From positions 1,290,001 to 1,322,000 of the forward strand of contig CP104013.1 in assembly GCA_025839675.1 (NCBI GenBank): a DNA stretch of 32,000 nucleotides, written 5' to 3'. The translations under genes and the position numbers were made by a program. Positions 25,530 through 32,000 of this stretch are shown piece after piece. The DNA is from Candidatus Lokiarchaeum ossiferum (GTDB taxonomy: Archaea > Asgardarchaeota > Lokiarchaeia > Sigyniarchaeales > Promethearchaeaceae). The notes under the pieces are model-generated. The model did not search any database. It saw nothing but the letters and a program-made list of their open reading frames with translations, and was not told the origin of the DNA. The first letter of the stretch is position 1. Every line of letters starts with the position of its first letter.

Positions 25530-26558
25530 CTAAAATGATATCTTCTGATATTCATGATGAAGAGGGTTTCCAGGGCTTAGGTAAAAGGCATGTTCTTGGA
25601 AATCATAAAACCACGACCAGATAGTGCCGAATTTTATGCCCATAAAATCTCCATCTTCATGAATCCCCCCCTTACTATGGCTAAGAGAGCAAAATTCTTT
25701 AATTTTGACCGAATTAATTTTACCTTTCTGTTTTGCTAACCATTTCTGAACATTTTCAAACCGAATTGGGCTTGAAACGGGCATTCTTGATTCATCCTGA
25801 CGATCAATCATACTATCAACAATGATATGATTAGTTTGAATCACATTTTCATCGTTGAATAGATCAACCACGACTCCATCAGGTGTTCCAAGAATTCGAG
25901 CAATATTTCGATCTTGATCTACAACAAAGTAATGAAATGCTCCGGTATGGGGGACAGATTTTATATAATTTGCCGCTTCTTGTGCTGTACTGTAATGGGT
26001 AAGAACCCATTGGACTAGTAGGTTCATCATGACTCCTGGTATCCATTCCCCATCATAAGTCGCGGCAGCCGTGATACCAATCAGTAATCCCTTTTGATTA
26101 ATCCCTCCATAGGCACCGCCCCAAAGATCTGTAAAGGAAATAGATTTATTCCCATTGGTAGGTGATAGTATCATTTTTGCCATAATTTTTTCTGACGAAT
26201 AATCCCAATCATAATTTCTTAACATAAACGGGTGGCCGGTAGCGGAATACTCAGAAGAAATATAAGAGATTGTACAAGAGGGTTTTGGGGGTTCCCAACC
26301 ATAATTTAATACCAGAGGTAGGACTTTAATCATATCATAATCATAAGATCCCCCTTCTGCAAATCCTTTTAAGAATTCTATCAAATCAGGCGCATAATTT
26401 TTGACTTGTTGCTCACATTTTTCTGCAAATTCATAACGATGCATCATATTTTCATCATAGATGGGTGCTTGGAAAGGAGAATGTTTCATAATCATCCCAT
26501 ATTGCTTACCCATTTCATACCAATTTCCAATTAATTCAATTTCAAACATATTATTCAC
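25530..26558 (-). CDS. Peptidase C45 / acyl-CoA:6-aminopenicillanic-acid acyltransferase-like Ntn hydrolase
   Basis: GNWYEMGKQYG lies near the N-terminus. PSCTISYISS...HPFMLRNYDW provides the nucleophile Cys followed by the RNxDW motif typical of the family. Confidence 0.65.
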   Translation of the reverse strand: MNNMFEIELIGNWYEMGKQYGMIMKHSPFQAPIYDENMMHRYEFAEKCEQQVKNYAPDLIEFLKGFAEGGSYDYDMIKVLPLVLNYGWEPPKPSCTISYISSEYSATGHPFMLRNYDWDYSSEKIMAKMILSPTNGNKSISFTDLWGGAYGGINQKGLLIGITAAATYDGEWIPGVMMNLLVQWVLTHYSTAQEAANYIKSVPHTGAFHYFVVDQDRNIARILGTPDGVVVDLFNDENVIQTNHIIVDSMIDRQDESRMPVSSPIRFENVQKWLAKQKGKINSVKIKEFCSLSHSKGGIHEDGDFMGIKFGTIWSWFYDFQEHAFYLSPGNPLHHEYQKISF

Positions 26559-26778
26559 TCATTTTTATCCATACTTATTATATAATCAAGTTAATCAGCC
26601 TCAATTCTTGGAAGTTCAATGATTGCAGATTAACTGTATAAATCATGAAAAAGAATCACTCTATATAAATCAAAAATATGATTTTTTTTATATTCATCAT
26701 ATTTAGGCGTATAAATTTTACCTAATTTTCATGAATAATATTCAATTTTTTTAAATATTTTCGTTCACTTCCAATAAT

Positions 26779-28176
26779 ATGGATTCCTGTGATGCATTAG
26801 GAGAAATGCAAAAACGACTATTTGATGGTGAAGAATTCATAATTCCTTTAAGTAAAGCCATTTCACACCCATTTCGCTATAAAATCATGATTTTTCTTTA
26901 TTCCAAAGCGAGATCATTCCAATATTTGGAGCAAAAATTGATTATTGGACGGACCGCCCTTTCAAATCATTTAAAGCATCTACTCGATGCAAAGTTGATT
27001 CGAAAACCAGAACGAGGACATTATATTTCTACAGAAAATGGGAAACTTTTTCTAAAAATATTTTTAGATTACTATAATAAAATTAAAGTAAAAGAATTAA
27101 ATAAAGCGAGAGAAATTCAGCAATTATATAAACCTAAATATCAAAAAGCGGGTGAATTCTTTTCCTTTCACGTTTCAAACCCTGCAATTTATCACCAAAG
27201 CTGGTTATCATTTTTAGGAGCCTTTCTGGGAGTTTTGAAGTCCCATAACGGAAAATGGGAATTATATGAACTGGGAGGAATGACAGGTTATTTTTTTATA
27301 ACAAATGTGGCGAATAATCTCTTATGCCCATCTGGTCCAACCGCATTAAGCAAATACATTTGGGAATCTATGAATAAGCAAGTTGAATCATTAGGAATTC
27401 ATATCCAGCACTATTTGGATCTTGTTAGTTATCCTTCGAATGAACAATTATCCCCAAAGGATCATTTGCGAGCCTTAAAATTTAAAAACTGGGTAATCGA
27501 TCAATTGAAAACTACAAAAAATCCCATTATTGCATGGGGAATTCCAATTCCGGAATTTGGAATCATCAATGGAATCCAGAATAACCAATATATTTGTAGT
27601 ACATTTCGCCACTTAATCAATATGGAAGATGATCCTGTTTTTTTTGAACACCTTCAGGCACCAGGTGGTTTATGGGGATATTCTCTTGAAATTCAAGAAC
27701 ACTTTGGACAAGAAAAATATAAGGAGGAATGGGATTTAAGCAGCTTAAAGTTAGGCCTTAAGTTTAATACAGAAACTCCAGCAACAGAAGGATACACCAA
27801 TGGTATACAAGCATATTCAGAATGGGCACAAAATTTAGAATCATTAAGCCATACCGAGAGTGATTATCATGGAAATAGCTATGTAGGGGCGTGTTTATGT
27901 GAACAAAAAGCGGGATTAAGTAAATATTTGCAAAGTATGAGTGATCGGTATTCTGGTAAACCCCAAGCCGAATATCTACATCTTGCGGCTAAAGAATATC
28001 AACAAGTGGCAGATATCCTACAAAAATTCACTCAAATTTTTCCTTTTTCTTTGAGGGGATCATTTTCAAATAGTGATAGAAAAAAGGGTAGCGGATTGTT
28101 ACGTTCAATTCCACCTTTTGAAGAGGAGGCTTTAAAGTATTTACGAAATGCGATAAAATTCTGGAATTTAGAATAA
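26779..28176 (+). CDS. ArsR-type wHTH fused to a roughly 350-aa domain of unknown function
   Basis: The HTH region reads ISHPFRYKIMIFLYSKARSFQYLEQKLIIGRTALSNHLKHLLDAKLIRK. I do not recognise the remainder. Confidence 0.7.
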   Translation: MDSCDALGEMQKRLFDGEEFIIPLSKAISHPFRYKIMIFLYSKARSFQYLEQKLIIGRTALSNHLKHLLDAKLIRKPERGHYISTENGKLFLKIFLDYYNKIKVKELNKAREIQQLYKPKYQKAGEFFSFHVSNPAIYHQSWLSFLGAFLGVLKSHNGKWELYELGGMTGYFFITNVANNLLCPSGPTALSKYIWESMNKQVESLGIHIQHYLDLVSYPSNEQLSPKDHLRALKFKNWVIDQLKTTKNPIIAWGIPIPEFGIINGIQNNQYICSTFRHLINMEDDPVFFEHLQAPGGLWGYSLEIQEHFGQEKYKEEWDLSSLKLGLKFNTETPATEGYTNGIQAYSEWAQNLESLSHTESDYHGNSYVGACLCEQKAGLSKYLQSMSDRYSGKPQAEYLHLAAKEYQQVADILQKFTQIFPFSLRGSFSNSDRKKGSGLLRSIPPFEEEALKYLRNAIKFWNLE

Positions 28177-28394
28177 AACCCATCAAAACATAGGGAGCAA
28201 TTTCTGTAAAGAATCACACCATTACATGGTAATTGAATCATTAGAAGATGCACTCCATTTTTTCTTCGATTCTCTTAATTCTATTAACCCATTGTTCATT
28301 AAGTCGATTCTTTTTTCACCATGACTCGGAAAAAAGGCACACAGTAAAAATCGGACTCAATTTATTTATAATAGAAAGATGTATTAATTTTAAT

Positions 28395-29150
28395 ATGAAA
28401 ATATTGGCTATAATTAGCAGTCCCCGAAAAAAGAATACGTATCAGGCCATAAAAACCATTGAAAGCATGCATAAAAAGAGGTATGATTGCGAATACGAAT
28501 ATCTGTTTTTGCATAAGGTCGATCTAAAAGGATGCATTGGGTGTCATCTCTGCTTAACAGAGGGAGAAGATTCTTGTCCTTTGAAGGATGATAGGGATAT
28601 GATAATCAGTAAAATTGAAGCCGCCGATGGAGTGATACTGGCCAGCCCCAATCACACGATGAATGTAAATTGGCGAATGAAAAATTTTATCGACCGGTTT
28701 TCATATTTAATGCACAGACCTCGCTATTTCAATCAACGGTTCATGATTCTGATTACGAGTGGGAGTTATCAAGGGATTAAAGGAGCATTGAAGGCTCTTG
28801 CGCCAATGGTCTCAGGGGGGAAAATCATTAGTAAATTTGCAGTCACGAACTCTCCCGGTATGAATGATAAGAAAAGAAAAAAGCAAGCAAAGAAATTACA
28901 AAATGAGGCAAGAAAATTTATAAAAAAAATGAAAAAACCTTTTATTCATAATCCTCCGTTTGGCTACCTGATTTGGTTTTCGGTCTTTAAAGCAATGACC
29001 AAAGAAACTGGAAAAGACTCTCCCGCTGATTTTGAATATTATTCTACGAAAGAATACTTTGTCAAAACGGATCTCTCAAAGGGTCAGCGGTTGATTTTAA
29101 AAATATCCATAGCAATATTTGGATTTCTAATTCGGATTGGAATGATATAA
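28395..29150 (+). CDS. Flavodoxin-like NAD(P)H-dependent FMN reductase / iron-sulfur flavoprotein-like
   Basis: MKILAIISSPRKKNTYQ..., CIGCHLCLTEGEDSCP and ADGVILASPNHTMNV are present. The likely start is the ATG at 28395. The track extension from 28248 is hydrophobic and implausible. Confidence 0.7.
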   Translation: MKILAIISSPRKKNTYQAIKTIESMHKKRYDCEYEYLFLHKVDLKGCIGCHLCLTEGEDSCPLKDDRDMIISKIEAADGVILASPNHTMNVNWRMKNFIDRFSYLMHRPRYFNQRFMILITSGSYQGIKGALKALAPMVSGGKIISKFAVTNSPGMNDKKRKKQAKKLQNEARKFIKKMKKPFIHNPPFGYLIWFSVFKAMTKETGKDSPADFEYYSTKEYFVKTDLSKGQRLILKISIAIFGFLIRIGMI

Positions 29151-29553
29151 TTCTTTTTTTATTCATTAATTTCCAAGGTATTTTTAAAAAATAATGCACT
29201 TGACCGTTTGAAATGTCAGATAATTTGAGAACAAATCACTTGAAATATTCTCCCAAGGGACATTAGGATCGATAAACAGGAGAAAATTGCGGATTAAAAG
29301 ATGGGCAAGATGATCCAATCCTTCTGCAAAAGTTTATCTCATCTACAAGCGATGATGTCAAAGTTAAAAACCCGATCTTGGGGAAAAGTAAAAAATTTGT
29401 CATTCCATTGAGCAATATCGGGCGCTTGAAGTGGATTAGGCATTTCCATCTCCATCATAACAATCCAACAAAAATGAGAGATATAGTTCACACCCTTTAA
29501 TATAAATTTTTTAATGGAAATCTCTTTATTATACAAAAAATAAATGTAAGGAT

Positions 29554-30300
29554 ATGCTCCCGAAATTGATTAATTTGGAGAAAATTCTTCTAGAGGTTAT
29601 GAACCCCATTAGAATTCAGATTTTACAAATTTTAAATGAAGAAGATCAGAATCTATCCAAGCTAGCTACAAAAATTGGGCTAGTATCTAATTCGGAAATA
29701 TCAAGACACCTAAGTCGATTGGGAGAACAATCTTTAATACGAAAAGAAAGAGAAACAGGAAGATACTATCAAATAACAGCCTTTGGAAAAGCAATAATGA
29801 ATTCTTTAGATAATTTTGTATTTCTTTCAATAAATTCAGATTATTTTACTGATCATTCAATTGCAGATATTCCTCTTTCACTACAGAGTCAAATCTCTGT
29901 TTTGCAAAATGCCGAAATTATTTCTGGAACAGGGAATGTGATGCACAAAATAAAAGAATTCATGGAATTACCTATAAAAAAATTACGTATCATTGTGGAT
30001 TCAGGATATCCTTTTCTAAATACTGAGGCAGAAATTTCAGTAATCGTCCCTGAAAGTATGAATACAACGGAAAATCAGGAGGATCCTAGTTTGAAATCAT
30101 TTAAAATTGGATTATTGCCATCCGTACCAATAACTATGGCACTATGCGATTTGGAAATCGGTATTATCGCTTTCCCAAGAGAAAGTGAAAACAATCCAGA
30201 TGTGTCAAAATGTTTCTATATTCAAGATCCCCAAGGAATAAAATTTTTGGAGCAAATTTGGGTTTTTTTTTGGGATAAAGCACAAAAAATATCAAATTAG
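29554..30300 (+). CDS. Archaeal ArsR-type regulator with a DUF1724/FilR1-like C-terminal domain
   Basis: NPIRIQILQILNEEDQNLSKLATKIGLVSNSEISRHLSRLGEQSLI is followed by SDYFTDHSIADIPL...LQNAEIISG. This architecture is typical of the archaeal family. Confidence 0.65.
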   Translation: MLPKLINLEKILLEVMNPIRIQILQILNEEDQNLSKLATKIGLVSNSEISRHLSRLGEQSLIRKERETGRYYQITAFGKAIMNSLDNFVFLSINSDYFTDHSIADIPLSLQSQISVLQNAEIISGTGNVMHKIKEFMELPIKKLRIIVDSGYPFLNTEAEISVIVPESMNTTENQEDPSLKSFKIGLLPSVPITMALCDLEIGIIAFPRESENNPDVSKCFYIQDPQGIKFLEQIWVFFWDKAQKISN

Positions 30301-30397
30301 ATTTAGTATTTCATAACATCCCGTAATTATTGCTCAAACCAAAAGTATTGGATATGACCGAAATTTTATTTATTAACCCTCCACCAGTCATTCATTT

Positions 30398-31210
30398 ATG
30401 CTTAAACATATGCAACGTATGAAGAAATGGTATTTTTTGCAGATTTTGCTTGCAATATTGACACTTTTTGCTTCTCTTGGAGGATTGTTCCTTTCTGATT
30501 TATATTCAGATTCTGATTCTATTATTGCTCAAGCAATAGGACAAGATTGGGTCACAGCCTTTTTTGTGATTCCATTGTTTATCCTTGGATTGGTTAAATC
30601 CAAGGGTGGGTCAATTCATGGGACAATTATTGTTATAGGATGTCAATTATATTTAGTTTATTCATATTTGTTATACATCTTCATGGGAAATTATAACATG
30701 TTCTTTCTATTGTACACCCAAATTGTTGCAATTAGTTTCTACTCCCTATTAAAATTCTGCTACAATCTCGATTTTGAAAAATTAAAATCGAATATAGATC
30801 CAAATATGCCATTCAAAATGCTCGGATGGTACCAAATCTTAATTGCGTTGACGTTCTACTTCTTGTGGATGCAAGAGATACTAAATAGTTTGATTTTGAA
30901 TTATTTTCCAGCGATTGACATGGAAGATCAAAAAACGATAATTGCAATGGATTTGTGTTTTCTTTTACCATTAATCATCTCTTCTGCGATTAAAGTTTTA
31001 AAACGAAATATAATTGGAATATTTTTAAGTGGGGTGATTTTAATCAAAGGGATTACCTTAGGATTAGCGGTTATATGTATGGGCATTTTTGAATATACAA
31101 TGAATCAAGCGACTTTCAACATAACATGGTATATTTTTATAGGGATAACTGCAATCTGTACGATAATGATAGTTTATTACTTCAAACACATTCATCCCAT
31201 CCCAAAATAG
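30398..31210 (+). CDS. Polytopic membrane protein of unknown function
   Basis: The 270-aa ORF has about 7-8 hydrophobic segments and no recognisable motif. Confidence 0.6.
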   Translation: MLKHMQRMKKWYFLQILLAILTLFASLGGLFLSDLYSDSDSIIAQAIGQDWVTAFFVIPLFILGLVKSKGGSIHGTIIVIGCQLYLVYSYLLYIFMGNYNMFFLLYTQIVAISFYSLLKFCYNLDFEKLKSNIDPNMPFKMLGWYQILIALTFYFLWMQEILNSLILNYFPAIDMEDQKTIIAMDLCFLLPLIISSAIKVLKRNIIGIFLSGVILIKGITLGLAVICMGIFEYTMNQATFNITWYIFIGITAICTIMIVYYFKHIHPIPK

Positions 31211-31414
31211 CCCAATAATTTCCTTTTTTCTATTATTGAAAAATTCTAATATTGAGAAGTTACAAAAAAGGGAATTTTGCCCAATTTACATGGAAATTCT
31301 CCATTTACGATATTTGGATATAAAAAATTAAGTAACATACATCATTTCATATTTAGATATAACAGAATTTAGAGTAGGTCTGACATTTCGATTAATGGAA
31401 TAGATTATCGATCG

Positions 31415-31729
31415 ATGAACATCGCAGCCTTAGGAAGAATAGGACGCGGAAGTTATTTGAGTAATCGTAAACCTCGCCTATCTACGAAATATGGGCATCG
31501 AATCGTTCGACATCCAGAATATTTAATGTATATATTATTTTTTGTAAGTTTTCCCTTCATCACCTTGAATTTATAGTTTCTTTTACTACTTCCAGGAATT
31601 TGGGCGTACTATTATTTTACGAAATCAGAGGAAATCTATTTAATGGAAGAGTTTGGTCAAGAATACATTGATTATAGTAAAAAAGTAGGTAGATTTATTC
31701 CAAAAATATGGTTACGTAAGAAACAGTAA
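31415..31729 (+). pseudogene. Remnant of an ICMT/PEMT-type membrane methyltransferase with an in-frame TAG
   Basis: The frame reads MNIAALGRIGRGSYLSNRKPRLSTKYGHRIVRHPEYLMYILFFVSFPFITLNL*FLLLLPGIWAYYYFTKSEEIYLMEEFGQEYIDYSKKVGRFIP. The RHPxY and EExxLxxxFGxxYxxY motifs are present, the N-terminal half is missing, and the TAG is at 31574-31576. Confidence 0.5.
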
Positions 31730-32000
31730 ATTTGGTCAAAATATTCAAGACATCTGAAGATTGAAAAAAAATATTTCTTACCCACAAGTCAACCTCATCT
31801 AAAGAGCCTATTTGAATTGTTCCTACGGCTGAAATTTAAACGCGACAGGATAGTGATTTAAGAAATCATGATTGTTTTCCAAATAAGAGTTAAAAATTGA
31901 ATAAAAAAAAGATCGGAAAAACCATATTTAATGGAAAGATCGGTTTACTTAATCCCAAATGATATCTTTCTTTTTGGCGGTTTTGATGCCAACAACATGC

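Noticed and set aside
1-32000. Search for CRISPR arrays, rRNA genes, transposase or IS elements and long perfect inverted or tandem repeats
   Set aside because: I saw no regularly spaced direct repeats, no rRNA-like conserved blocks and no transposase motifs (DDE, or HUH beyond the items listed). Only short hairpins appeared, such as 24317-24339 (a 9-bp stem) and A/T homopolymers (A13 at 1298-1310), which are unremarkable in AT-rich DNA. This was a visual scan, so a computational repeat search could still find something.

Overview
The window is low in GC and looks archaeal. It carries a tRNA-Phe(GAA) gene split by two introns, many ArsR/TrmB-type winged-helix (wHTH) regulators including a DUF1724/FilR1-like one, and an archaeosortase-type C-terminal signal remnant. 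A low-GC lineage such as Asgard/Lokiarchaeia is a guess, not a demonstrated result. I found no rRNA genes and no CRISPR array. The region is accessory and mosaic.

Layout:
- 1-739: N-terminus of an SF2 DEAH-like helicase (minus strand, runs off the window).
- 740-1830: decayed non-coding stretch.
- 1831-1964: the tRNA.
- 2275-3924: free-standing double-motif LAGLIDADG protein.
- 4836-5258: serine recombinase with a catalytic domain only, with 9-mer repeats upstream.
- 5306-12283: minus-strand block. A calcineurin-type metallophosphoesterase is translationally coupled to an unrecognisable 1213-aa protein. A 658-aa protein with a C-terminal PD-(D/E)xK nuclease signature lies upstream.
- 12771-17742: visibly GC-richer, Shine-Dalgarno-bearing island. 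It encodes a wHTH plus Csa3-like CARF regulator, an Smr-domain protein, a 44-aa basic protein, an NYN/LOTUS RNase-like gene and a HEPN-motif protein.
- Within that island, the NYN gene is split by a 1.9-kb AT-rich cassette carrying a seven-bladed SBBP beta-propeller surface protein. The cassette is flanked by a 163-nt, 84% identical direct repeat.
- 17951-31729: ordinary or decaying accessory genes. These are an acyltransferase-3, a P-loop kinase pseudogene, GNAT genes, wHTH paralogues flanking a 686-aa secreted protein with a caspase-like His/Cys pattern, a C45 peptidase, a flavoprotein, membrane proteins and an ICMT-like pseudogene.

The best candidates for an undescribed system are the phosphoesterase/1213-aa (plus nuclease) block and the CRISPR-less CARF/Smr/NYN/HEPN island.
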